From Anaeramoeba ignava BMAN (lineage: Eukaryota > Protista > Anaeramoebae): a stretch of 64,000 nucleotides of DNA. Each line of letters begins with the position of its first letter. The first letter of the stretch is position 1. Below, one piece after another: positions 38,301 through 50,368 of this stretch. The notes beneath the pieces were generated by a model. It worked only from the letters and a program-made list of their open reading frames with translations. It was not told the DNA's origin and searched no databases. Location: NCBI GenBank assembly GCA_028826165.1, contig JAPDFW010000002.1:41056-105055 (forward strand), written 5' to 3'. The position numbers and the translations under genes are program-made.

Positions 38301-41272
38301 CATTTGGATTCACCTGAAACAAAATCTGAAGCAAAAAGAAAATTATGGACAAATGATTCTTATCTTTTCAATAGTGAATATTCTTTGGATCGTTTCAATA
38401 CTCAAAAGGAAAAATCTAAATTTGTGAAAAGAGAATTTACAGAAATGTTTCCTGTTAAAGATAGTAAATTAGCTGGTGATGTTAAAATGGTTAAATCTTT
38501 TGTTGAAAAAATTGAAGATGAAATGGATTTAGGAAAAGGAAATGTATTTAAAATGAAGAAAAAAGCTGATGGATTAGAAATTAGTGATGATAGATTAACA
38601 ATTAAATCTACAAATATAAAAAACGATTTGAATCAAAATCGAAATCAAAATCAAAATCAAAATCAAAATCAAAATCAAAACGAAATGAAAATGAAAATCA
38701 AAATCAAAATCAAAATGAAAATCAAAATCAAAATCAAATTGAAAATCAAATTGAAAATCAATTACAAAATTTACTTCCTTTTTTTATACGTAATTATCAA
38801 GATATTTTTTCTACTTTTAATGGCAAATGCTTAATTTATTATGGAGAAAAAAATGAATATCCTGATGGATTAAAAGTTATAATGGAAAAACCAATTCCTT
38901 TATGGAATCAATTATATCTTCAAAATTTTGAATCTTTCTATTTCGAAATTAAAATTGCAAATACTGGAAAAATAAATAAAGCTAATATTGGAATAGGATT
39001 ATATGATGAATCTCAAGAAACATCAACATTTGAAGAATTACTTCAAAAAAATATTTGTATTATTGCAGATGAAGAACTTTATTTTCAACAAAATCCACAA
39101 GCATATAAAAAGAAAAAGTTAAAAGAAGAAAAAGAAAAAGAAAAAGAAAAAGAAGAAGATAAAGATAAAGATGAAGATGAACAAGAATTAAAATTGATAT
39201 CTTCAGATGAAAAAGATGAAAAAGATGAAAAAGATGAAAAAGATGAAAAAGATGAAAAAGATGAAAAAGATGAAAAAGATGAAAAAGATGAAAAAGATGA
39301 AAAAGATGAAAAAGATGAAAAAGATGAAAAAGATAAAAAAGATGAAAAGGATATTAAAAAAGATGATAAAGAAATAGAACCTCCTAATCCAAATTTAAGA
39401 GCAGATCCTTTGAAATTAACTATTGATTCTGATTCTGATTCTGATTGGGATATTCAACCTCAAAAACCTAAAATGAATCTTGGAAATAATGTTAAAATCC
39501 TCAAACCAATAAAATTGGGAAGATGTTTAGGATGTTTAATTTCAATTAAAACACAAAAAATTATATTTTATGTTAATTCTCAAATTGTTTTTTCAGTTCC
39601 TTTGAATTTTTCTCAAGATCAAATGAAAAAAATATTTCCAATGATTTGGTTTAAAACAGAAAGTACACTTGCAATTTATAAAATGGGATTTGGAGATTAT
39701 CATTCAGGACCAAAAACTTCAACAGATTTAATGTTCGAACATTTACTTGATGAAAATATTGAAATTAATGAAAATGAAAATGAAAATGAAAATAACAATA
39801 ATAACAATAATAATTTACAGTTAATTTCTTTAAATCAACCAAATATCAAACAAAATGAAAAATTAATTTTTTCTCTTCCTTCTGAAATTATTATACAAGA
39901 AAAACTCAATTTAAAAGTTAATGAATATTGGAGAAAAAAGAATCGAAGTCATTTCAATAGTAATTATTCAAATATTGTTTCAAATTTACCATTTATTGAA
40001 GGAATATGTATGTTTGAAGTGAAAATTATTAAATCAAAAATTCCTGTTGAAAAATTTTCATTTGGAATTGGGTTAGTTATTAAATCAGAATATGAAAAAT
40101 ATCACAAAGAATATTCAAGTTGTTGTTTAGGGAAAATTTTTGAAGATGAAGAAAAAACACAAAAATCATTGATTCCAAATTCATCATCAATTGGTTATTA
40201 TGGAAATACAGGAATGATTTTCAAAAATAACAGATCTTATGTTTATGGACCACAATTTTATGAAGGAGATACTATAAGTTGTTTTATTAATTTATCAACA
40301 GGAGTTATTGCATTTGCAAAAAATGGATTCTTTTTAGGAATTGCTAATAAATTTGAACCAAATCAAGTTGTTCTTCCAATAATTTCTTTTGGAACAGAAG
40401 GAATCACAGTAAAAGTTAATTTTGGAGCAAAAATGAGGAATTTTGAACCACAAAATCGATTGGAATTTATTGATCCAAAATCAGGATTTGAATATCCAAA
40501 TGCTTTTGGAAAAGATACTATTATCCCATTTGTTGATAATGATATTTTTGATGTTGTTTCTCAACACACACAAAAATATTTTGAATGTTTGACTTATATT
40601 ACTCCATTTACAATTTTAGAACAAAAGAAAGGAATGATTGAAATTGCAAAACTTATTAAAAGACTTAAATTGATCATGATTAAACAATTCATTTCAGATG
40701 AATCTTTATCAAAAAATGAACAATTAGAAGTTGATTTGCATGTGAGATTATCTTTGAATGAAATTCGGAAAACTTTTGTTTTAAAAGAAGGAGAATTTTT
40801 ATATAATTTCTCACAAAGAAAAAAACTAATAATTGATCCATGTTGTCTTAATTTTGAATTTGATCCTAAATTACAATCCAAAGTTGAAATTAGAATTATT
40901 CACATAATATTAATTTGCATTAATAGCTTTCGTTGGTTACGTTTTATTGAAGGATTTCGTGCTGCTGAGTTTTTGGAATCAAATATTTATAGTTTGGATC
41001 TTGAGAAAAAAGCAATTAATTCATTAGGAAAAAGTTCAGGTTTAACAAAAGAACAATTTGAAGAATTAAATTTATTTATTGATTCTTCTTTGGATTATTT
41101 TATGAAAATTCTTGAATTATTAAATTCTCATTCAATTTCTTCTCAAGCTATTTCTCATATTGTTGCTAAAAGTAATCCTTTATCTCAAGATGAAACTGAA
41201 GATATGGCACAAGAATATGTAAGAGATGATGGAGGTTTTCAAGATCCTTTTGCAAGTTTCAAAATAATGTAA
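35359..41272 (+). CDS. Seven-TM protein fused to a longin-like domain and two SPRY domains
   Basis: Exons 35359-35491, 36378-36706 and 36804-41272, with a frameshift in the NQ repeat at ~38685. Seven hydrophobic helices; longin-like 'IRYFAVARSFDRTILL..CMFFLAVQFYYQEDLAFLFLKKMK'; SPRY1 'YFEIKI..NIGIGL..LGCLIS..IIFYVN..IFPMI'; SPRY2 'SIGYYGNTG..YGPQFYEGDTISCFINL..FAKNGFFLGIA..PIISF..VKVNFG'. Confidence 0.75.
35492..36377 (+). repeat. 886-nt intron filled with (AAAATT)n plus six dispersed copies of an AGAACAACAATT(ATAATCT) unit
   Basis: GTAAAA..AAAAAG, phase 1 (T+TA, Leu). The unit occurs at ~35521, 35552, 35581, 35685, 35855 and 35994. Confidence 0.85.
39208..39349 (+). repeat. Coding 9-nt repeat (GATGAAAAA)n encoding (DEK)n inside the first SPRY domain
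   Basis: Visible directly in the DNA and in the ORF 38882 translation. Confidence 0.9.
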
Positions 41273-41390
41273 TTGGGATTTTTGATATTTTTTTTTTTAA
41301 TTCAATTTATTTTTCTTTCAAAAAAACAAAATTTTTTAATCAAAATCAAAAAAAAAAGCAAAAAGAAAATAATTAACAAAAAAAAAATTT

Positions 41391-41412
41391 TCATTTTCAT
41401 TTTTTTCATTTT
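41391..41412 (+). promoter_or_regulatory. Three TCATTT Inr-like motifs upstream of the ST7/TPR/RRM gene
   Basis: TCATTT at 41391, 41397 and 41406; ATG at 41431. Confidence 0.45.
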
Positions 41413-41430
41413 TTCCATTTTTTTTTTTTA

Positions 41431-44400
41431 ATGAATCAAAATAATAACCAAACTCAATCAAATCAACTTCAATTTCAAAATGAGAAATCACTTATTAAAA
41501 TTTCTCAAAATTTATTGAAACAAAAAGAAGAGGAAATTATTTCAAATGAAATTCAATCACAAGAAATTTATGAACAAGCAAAAAATGAAAAATCTTGGAT
41601 TAAAAAAAAAGAAAAATTAGAATTAAGTTTGAGATTGAATCCTAAAAATATTTCAGCTTTAGTTTTGTTTGCAAATGAATCAATTACACCAAATGAATAT
41701 TTAAGATATTTAAGTGAAGCCATTGAAATCCAAAAAAATAAACTAGGAACTCTTTTACAAAATGATTATGATCCAGTAGAAGATGATTTAGAAATGAATT
41801 ATTTTTTAAAATTACGATATGATTATGCATGGTGTAAAAACAAAATGAAATTTAAATATGAAATATAAAATTTAAATATAAATATAAAATTTAATTATAA
41901 AATTTAATTTAAAAATTTTTTTTTCATTAAAAATAAGGTTTGTGGAAAAACTTCAATGAAAATGAAAAAGCTTTAAAAGAATATTTTGAAATTTTACAAC
42001 TTTCAAGTTCTGATCCATTAGGAGTCAGATTTTGTATCATTTCAATACTTTTATCACTTAATCAATTAAATCAAGCTTCAGAATTTTTAAAACAATTTTC
42101 TGGAGATATTTCTACAACTTGGGAATATTCGTATGTCCTTTTAAAATTCTTAAAGACAAGAAAAAATTATAAAATTCAAAAGGATTTCTTTGTGCAATTA
42201 AGAAAAGAGAAACTTAATCAAATTAAATTTATTCACCAAAATCGTATGATATTTTCTTTTCAATTCCAAAAAAAGAAAAAAACAACATTTAAAAATATTA
42301 TTTTTTTTTCTTTATTTTTTAATAATCCAAAAAAAGAAAATCAAAAACAGGAAAAGAAAAGAAGAAAATCTCTTTTAAATTCCCAAAAAACAAATGAATC
42401 AAATGAAGCCAATCAAAATGATAATAATGATAATAATGATAATAATGATAATAATGATAATAATGATAATAATGATAATAATGATAATAATGATAATAAT
42501 GATAATAATGATAATTTTGATTATCAGGATGATTTTAATGCAAACAATCCAATTCAGAATTTGAATTTTAATCTTAATCTCGGTTTTGGATTTAATTCAT
42601 GTTTAAATCGCTCAATTAATTTTATAGATCAAAAAATTTCAGAAGAACAACGATTTACGAAACTCAAACTCAATTACAGATTGCGAAAAATATTCAAATT
42701 ATTGAAACAAATAATTGAATTCAATCCCGAAGTTCCTGTTTATCTTCTTGGAATCAAAAAGCTACCTGTCAATTTGCCATCAGTTAAAAATCAAGACCAA
42801 GAAAACGAAGCTATTCATTATGTTTGGAACAATTCCCATTTGTGGTTTAGATTGCCTGAGTTGATGAAGTTGCTATTTTTTGCATATAGAAATTATGAAG
42901 CAAGACTTTTCCAATTATCATCTTTTGAAAATTACAACGAATTCAATGAAAACGACCCGAGAATACAAGATATTTATCGGCAAATTATGTTCACAAATCA
43001 AGTCAAAAGGAAAAAGGGCAAAAAAGCCAATCTTCAAACAAACAGAAACATTTATTTAAAATCAATTTTTCCACCAGTTCTAGTAAATGCTTCTGAAATT
43101 GAAAAATATTTTCCCACAGAATTTACTCAGGAAGACTACAATCGAATAAATTCATTCGAGCTTCCCAAGCCAACACAAAAAATAGAAAAACGATCAGCAA
43201 AATTAACTAATTCAATTCTCTATCAAATGTTTTCAATTCAAGGTCCTTCATATTCTTTACTCTATCATCTCCCAAAACAAAGTCGAAGGTTATTCAAAAA
43301 TCATATTCTTAATTCCTTTTTCCAAAACAAGGATTTTCAGGAAATTGATGATCGCATTATCAGGGATTTAGATTCTCATGAGAGAAATCCAAGTCAAAGA
43401 AGATTTCCAAAAAAACGAATTTTGAATCAAAAAAAACACAAATTTCGAGCTTTACTAGCCAAAAAATTAAGGCACAAAAAAAGACTCTCACAAAAAGAGC
43501 GGATGTATTTACACAAAATGGCAGCTTTGAAAAAGAAAAAAGAACAACACTTTGTTGCTCCCCCTCTCACATTTGGGGCAGAATCTCCTGAAAAATTCAC
43601 CAGTTTTTGGCAAAATAATTTTCCGTTTCCAATATTTCAAATCAATCAGAATTCTCTTTCTTTCCAAAACCAATTACATCCACAAAAAGTGTTTTTGGAA
43701 GAAGAAAAATCTTTATACAATATTTTGAAAAGTGTTAACTATCAACAAGAATATAATAAAAATGAAAGAAATAATTTGGGTTATGAGAATGGTGAATTTT
43801 TCGATCAACAGTATTTGGGAATGGAGGAAAATTTGAATTCTCATAGTGGGAAAGTAAATAATGCTTATTATGATGATTATGACGATTTTAGTAATGGAAA
43901 TGATGAATATAATTTCTCTTATGATTTGGATCCGAAGTATCATTATGATTCCGATTACGATTACGATTATGATGACAGTTATGATAGACTGAATTATAAC
44001 AATGATACTTTTCATAATAATTATAACTACAATCACAATTATTATTATCATCATAGAGATCTTGATAACGATAGTGATAGTGATAGTGATTATGATGATA
44101 ATTCTCTTGATAATCATCAATATCATCAATATCGTCAATATAATCGTAATCATCAAGAATATGAAAATGAACATGAAGATACATTTTTGGATTTCGATGA
44201 TGATAATTATGATGATAATTATGATGATGATAATTATGATGATGATAATTATGATGATGATTATGATGAAGATGACGATTCTTCTATTATTGATGATTAC
44301 CAAGATGATTTGGAAGAACTTGAAAGAGAAAATGATGAAATTTTGGGTGAAAGATATTCTGAAGAATTACTTGATTCAAAATATTCCAATGTCCCAGAAG

Positions 44401-47400
44401 AAGCTCAAAAAATCATTCAATTTGAAATGAAAAAGAAAAGACAAGAAAAAGTATTTATGATAAATATAATGGAAAATTTTTAATTTAATTTAATTTAATT
44501 TAATTTAATTTAATTTAATTTAATTTAATTTAATTTAATTTTATTTTATTTTAGGAATTAAAAATCTCCAATGATTTGAAAAATGAAGGGAATTTGCATT
44601 TTCGTGAAGGAGATTGGGAAGGAGCAATTGCTTTATATGAACAAGCATTAAAACAAACTCCAAAATATGCATCTAAAGAATATTCAGTCATTTTATCAAA
44701 TCAAGCTGCTTGTTTTCTTCTCTTAAAACAATATGATAAAGTTATTGATTTTTGCACACGATCACTCGAATATTCTCTCAAGTATCCAAAATCTATTTTC
44801 AGAAGAGCATTCGCTTTTTGTGAAATTGAAAAAAACCTACTTGCTTACGAAGGTTCATTTCAAATCAATTTTTAGTTTTTTAATCAAAATCCAAAAATCC
44901 AAAATTTCATTTTATTATAAAAAATAACAACTTAACTTTTTTTTTTAATTTTGTATTAAAATAGATTTGAATGCAATTCGTTATGTGGATCCAAACAATA
45001 CAGAAGCAAGTGAACTTTTTAATCGAGTGCGCATGAAATTATATCAAGAAATCCAAAACAAATCCCAAAAATCTGGGAATTTAACAGAAATCCAAAAAGA
45101 CAAAGAAGAAGTAAGAAATGATTCAGAAAATACAAATGAGAGTCAAGAAAACGAAAATGATTTAAATCTAGAAAATGAATTTGAAAGCATTGATGAAAGA
45201 GATTTATGGGATTCCATTCCAATTACTCCTCAAACTATTTCTCAATTTCTAATACAACAATGTGAAAATCAAAATATTCAAAAAATTCTTTCAACAGACA
45301 TTATATTTATAGAAAATTATATCAATTTTTCTTGCAAGAAAAACTCAGCTAAACTTCTTAGTATTCTTCATTTCAAGAAAAATGAACAAGATTCAAAAGA
45401 AAAAAAATCACAATCACAATCACAAAAAAACACAAGAAAAAAAGGAAAAGGAAACGGAAATTCTCAACAAAAACAAAATTCAAACCAAATTACTTCAGAA
45501 AATATCCAAAAATTATTGATTAAATTTGCTCTTTTTGATAAAATTATTCTAGTTAATCAAGAAATCAACCAGAAAAATCAAAACTATAAACTCACAATTT
45601 CTCCAAATGAAATATCTACAAAAGAAAAAGCACTCGAATTTTTTAAAGAAATTTCACAATTTACAGACACTAATTGTGAAATACTTTTTGCAAATGGAAA
45701 AATCAATGATATAACCACCAAAAAAACTGACAATGGAAAAAACTCAACAATAAACAAAGAACAATTAAAAATCAAATTGGAACAAGTACAAGCAAGATTT
45801 GAAAGTTTAAATTCTGATCTTCAAGAATCATATATGCTTTTCTTAGTTTTCATCTCAAAATTTTTCATGATTCAATTAGAAAATGAATATAAATATTATT
45901 ATGCCAAAAAAGAGCATAATCACACATTTTCTTTTCAAAATATCATCTATGAAAAACAATACAAGAAAGAAATTTCAAAACTCGTAATTAATGCAAAGAA
46001 GTTAATAATTGATAAAAAAATCAAATTCCAAAAGAAAATTAATGATTATACTTTCAAAATTGAAAAAATTGAAAGAGATGAACAATTGAAAAAGTTTCAA
46101 GAAGAACAAAAAGAAAAACAAAGACTTGCTGAATTGGAAGCAGAAAAAAGAAGACTAGAAAAAATTGAAAATAAGAAACAAAAATTAAAGAGAAAAAAGC
46201 AGAGAAAAAGAAATAAACGAAACCAAAACCAAAACCAAAATCAAAATCAAAATCAAAATCAAAATCAAAACCAAAATGAAAATCAAAATCAAAAACAAAT
46301 TGAAAATGAAAATCAAAATCAAAATCAAAATCAAAATCAAAATCAAAATCAAAATCAAAATCAAAATCAAAATCAAAATCAAAATGAAAATCAAAATCAA
46401 TCAGAAAAAATTAAAAAAACAAAAAGTGAACCAGTAAAAAAACAAGAAAAATTTACAAAACAACACGAATAAAAATGAAGATCCCAAATAAAGAATTACA
46501 AAACAATCTTTTGAGTCAACTAACAAATGAAGAAGTTGATGAAATAACAGGATATTATGATTTAGATGAGAACTTTTGTCATAGCAAAACAATGTGGATT
46601 GGAGATGTTGGAGAAGAATTTACAGAAAAAAAACTTGAAAAATTATGTTCAAAATATGGAAAAATCAAGAGTGTGAAAGTAATTCAACATACACATTGTG
46701 CTTTTGTTAATTTCAATGATTTCAGGAATCTTGTTATTGCTTATAAGGATATAAAAGGAAAAACAATTAACGGAATGGTATTTAATACAATGAATATTGC
46801 AAAGCCACATGAAAGTGGAAATAAAACAAAAAAGCCTATTATGAGTGGAGAAACTGAAAAATTTTTGAATAAATTCCCACAAGGATCTGTTTTAATATTG
46901 AAAAATCTCCCTTTTCATGTTAATCCAAATACAATTAAATCTTTATTTAATAATTATAAAATTTGTTCCAATGGAATTTATATTATCAAATCAAAATTAA
47001 ATTCTTCTGCTCAATGTTTTGTTGCATTTATTAATCATTATGAAGCTATATCTGCATTGAAAAGTAAACAAAATTTCAGAATGAATTGGAGAAATGTTTA
47101 TGTTTCTCTTGTAAATAATCCTAATGAACAACAAAAGAATGTTTCAACTTCCCCAAAATTTAAAAAGAAACAAAATGAAATTAAAAAAGAAAAACAAATT
47201 CAAAAAGAAAAACAAATTAAAAAAGAAAAACAAATTCAAAAAGAAAAACAAATTAAGAAAGAAAAACAAATTAAAAAAGAAAAACAAATTAAGAAAGAAA
47301 AACAAATTAAGAAAGAAAATGAAATTAAAAAAGAAAAACAAATTCAAAAAGAAAATGAAATTAAGAAAGAAAATCTTTCTGGAACAAAGCAATTAATTAT

Positions 47401-48303
47401 TGATAGATTATCCAATTTAAAAAAATTACATTTCGAAGAAAGAAATCAAGAACCAAAAATTGGGGTATTTGAAAGAAATATATCGCCTATAAATCCCCAA
47501 TATCAAACAAGATATGGAAATACATTAAATCTTAATCCAAATCTTAATTCAAATCTTAATTCAAATCTTAATTCAAATCTTAATTCAAATCTTAATTCAA
47601 ATCTTAATTCAAATCTTAATTCAAATCTTCCTTTTAAATTCGAAAATGAAAAAAAAATACTTCCAAACTCTCCAAATTTTTCTCAATCCTTCCCAAATTT
47701 TCTTCCTGATGAAAAGAGGAATTTTCCACAACAAAAATCAAATCTTGAAATTTTCCAAAAAATACATCAAGAATCATTTAAAAATAATTCTGAAATGAAA
47801 AAAGAAGAAAAATCGAATATAAACATGAATCATTTTGGAAATACATTTGGAAATTCTTATAATATGAATCAACCAATTTTTCCAAATCAACCAATCAATA
47901 ATTCAGAACCAAATTTTTTAAAACCACAAATCACAACCAAAAATTCCAATTCAAATATTCAAGCACAAACAATTAATAACAATATTAATTTTTCATTCAA
48001 ATCACTTAATAATAATATTTACAATTTTATTAATTTTGATTCAATTAATTCTATTAAAGCAAGAAGTGAAAACAAAATACCCAATTTATCTCATTTAAAA
48101 CCACAAGAAAAAAAAACAACAACAAATAATTATTCATTAGAAAAATGATTGATTCCACAAATACAGAAGAAACAAAAGAAATTCAAAATAATTTTTTTGA
48201 TTATCCAATTATAAATTTTTCAAATATTGGGGATTTTTTTCAAAATCCAGATCAAGATCAAAATCAAAATCAAGATCAAAATCAAAATCAAAATCAAAAT
48301 TAA
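41431..48303 (+). CDS. Multidomain protein: ST7-like TPR-fold domain, D/Y/N/H-rich region, TPR triplet, coiled coil, two RRM domains
   Basis: ST7-like 'QEIYEQA..LRLNPKNISALVLFANE', 'DPLGVRF', 'NPEVPVYLLG..EAIHY'; TPR 'LKNEGNLHFREGDWEGAIALYEQAL..LSNQAACFL'; RRM1 'TMWIGDV..CAFVNF'; RRM2 'LILKNLPF..CFVAF'. Introns 41834-41937, 42244-42336, 44451-44554, 44853-44964. Frameshifts at ~46460 and ~48143 are assumed; the RRM part (46475 onward) could be a separate gene. Confidence 0.7.
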
Positions 48304-48552
48304 AATTAAAATTAAAATTAAAATTAAAATTAAAATTAAAATTAAAATTAAAATTAAAATCAAAATTAAAATTAAAATTAAAATTTAAATCAAAATCAAA
48401 ATTAAAATCAAAATCAAAATTAAAATTAAAATCAAAATCAAAATTAAAATTAAAATTAGAATTAAAATCAAAATCAAAATTAAAATTAAAATTAAAATTA
48501 AAATTAAATTTAAAATCAAAATCAAAATCAAAATTAAAATTAAAATTAAAAT
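48301..48552 (+). repeat. (TAAAAT/CAAAAT)n hexamer array beginning at the stop codon of the upstream gene
   Basis: The coding (CAAAAT)n NQ tail changes in register into (TAAAAT)n at 48301. Confidence 0.9.
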
Positions 48553-48560
48553 TCCAAAAA

Positions 48561-48583
48561 TCATTTTTCATTTTTTTCATTTT
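48561..48583 (+). promoter_or_regulatory. Three TCATTT Inr-like motifs upstream of RCC1-BTB
   Basis: TCATTT at 48561, 48568 and 48577; ATG at 48599. Confidence 0.45.
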
Positions 48584-48598
48584 TTTTCTTTTTCAAAA

Positions 48599-50368
48599 AT
48601 GAATGAAATTATATTTTTTGGAAGAAATCAAAATTCAAAACTTTTCAAAAATGAAACAGATAAAATAACAAAACCAATTCAATTTAAATTTGAAAATGAA
48701 AATGAAAATGAAAAACAAATTAAACAAATTTCATCAAGCTATTTATCAACAATTTTCCTTTTTAAAAATGGAAAAGAAATAGAATATTTAAGTGAAGAAA
48801 ATGATTCAAATCAAAATCCTGAAAAAATCCAAATTGAAGAAAATATTCAAAAAGTAACTGTTGGTGTTCGAAATGAAGCTATTTTAACAATAGAAGGAAA
48901 TGTATTTGCCAAAGGAAAAGATATTAATCCAAATAATTCAAATGAATTTATCAATATTTCATCATTAATTGAAGATACAGATGATAGAATAATTGAAGAT
49001 ATTGTTCCTGGAAGAAATTCAATTTATTTATTAACTTCAAATCAAAATGCTTATGGAATTGGTGATAATGAATATGGTCAACTTGGTTTTGATTATGAAA
49101 CACTTCCAAAAACAGAAAAACCAATTTTAATGATGAAAAATGTTTCTAAAATATTTTCAGGAAATTGTTCAAATCATGTTTTTCTTTTAAATTCAAATCA
49201 AGAATTATTTGGATGTGGCTATAATGATGATTGTCAACTTGGATTAGGAGAATCAAGAAGAAGAAAAGAAACAAAAATCCAAAAATTAACCCAAATCCAA
49301 AATATTCCAAAAGGTAAAATAATTGATATTAAATGTGGAAATATTCATTCAATAATGTTGATTGAAAATGAAAATCAAAATCCAAAAAGAAAACTTTATT
49401 CAACTGGAGATCATTTATCTAATGGACTTGGCAAAAATGGAAATGCTTATGAATTTACTGAAATCAAATTATTTTTATTTGAAAATGATAATATTCTTGA
49501 TTTTTCTGTTGGATGGTTTCATACTTTGATTTTAACTTCTAATTCAAAATTAATAGTATTTGGAGATAATTACTTTGGTGAATTAGGAACTGGAAATACA
49601 GAAGATAAACCAATTCCAATCCAAATTAAACTTCCTGAATTAAGATTTAATGAAAATATTTCTAATTATCATATTTCTTGTGGATCTTTCAATTCATTTC
49701 TTTATTATTCTTCTTTTCCTTTTTCCAATCTTGAAGAAGATTTGATAAAATTATTTAAAAGAAAAGAATTTTGTGATATTTCATTTAAAACCAAAAATGG
49801 AGAAATAATCAAAGCTCATAAATTAATATTGAAATATAGATTAAATCAAAATGAAAATCAAATTGAAAAACTTGAAGAAATTATTTCAACAAAATCAATT
49901 AAAGAATCAAATCAAATATTTGAAATGATTTATTCAAATAATTCCAAAATAAATCCAAAATTATATTCTGAAATTAAAGAAATTATAAATTTAAATGAAA
50001 AAATTGAAGAAACAATGAAAAGAATTTATTTAAATGAAAATGAAAAAGATTTTATTATTGAAAGAAAAGAAAAACAATATAAATTTCCTAAATTAATATT
50101 AATAATGAGAAGTGAATTATATCGAGGAATGTTTTTATCTGTAACTGAAGATAAATCTAACAAAGTTACAGATTATAGTGAATTAAGTAATAAATCATTT
50201 CAATTATTAGAATATTGGATTTATTCAAATCAAATTAAAGATGGAATTAAAATTACACAAGAAATTATTAATGAACTTAAAATTGGAATTGATTATTTTC
50301 AATTAAATCAAACAAATCCAAATTTATTTGATTTATTAATTAACAAAATTAATAATCAAAATCAATAA
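48599..50368 (+). CDS. RCC1-repeat / BTB-POZ domain protein
   Basis: RCC1 motifs 'GIGDNEYGQLG', 'GCGYNDDCQLG', 'IKCGNIHS', 'SVGWFHTLIL', 'FGDNYFGELGTG'; BTB 'FCDISF..IKAHKLILKYR' and 'KDFII..KLILIMRSELYRGMF..LLEYWIYS'; intronless. Confidence 0.88.
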   Translation: MNEIIFFGRNQNSKLFKNETDKITKPIQFKFENENENEKQIKQISSSYLSTIFLFKNGKEIEYLSEENDSNQNPEKIQIEENIQKVTVGVRNEAILTIEGNVFAKGKDINPNNSNEFINISSLIEDTDDRIIEDIVPGRNSIYLLTSNQNAYGIGDNEYGQLGFDYETLPKTEKPILMMKNVSKIFSGNCSNHVFLLNSNQELFGCGYNDDCQLGLGESRRRKETKIQKLTQIQNIPKGKIIDIKCGNIHSIMLIENENQNPKRKLYSTGDHLSNGLGKNGNAYEFTEIKLFLFENDNILDFSVGWFHTLILTSNSKLIVFGDNYFGELGTGNTEDKPIPIQIKLPELRFNENISNYHISCGSFNSFLYYSSFPFSNLEEDLIKLFKRKEFCDISFKTKNGEIIKAHKLILKYRLNQNENQIEKLEEIISTKSIKESNQIFEMIYSNNSKINPKLYSEIKEIINLNEKIEETMKRIYLNENEKDFIIERKEKQYKFPKLILIMRSELYRGMFLSVTEDKSNKVTDYSELSNKSFQLLEYWIYSNQIKDGIKITQEIINELKIGIDYFQLNQTNPNLFDLLINKINNQNQ

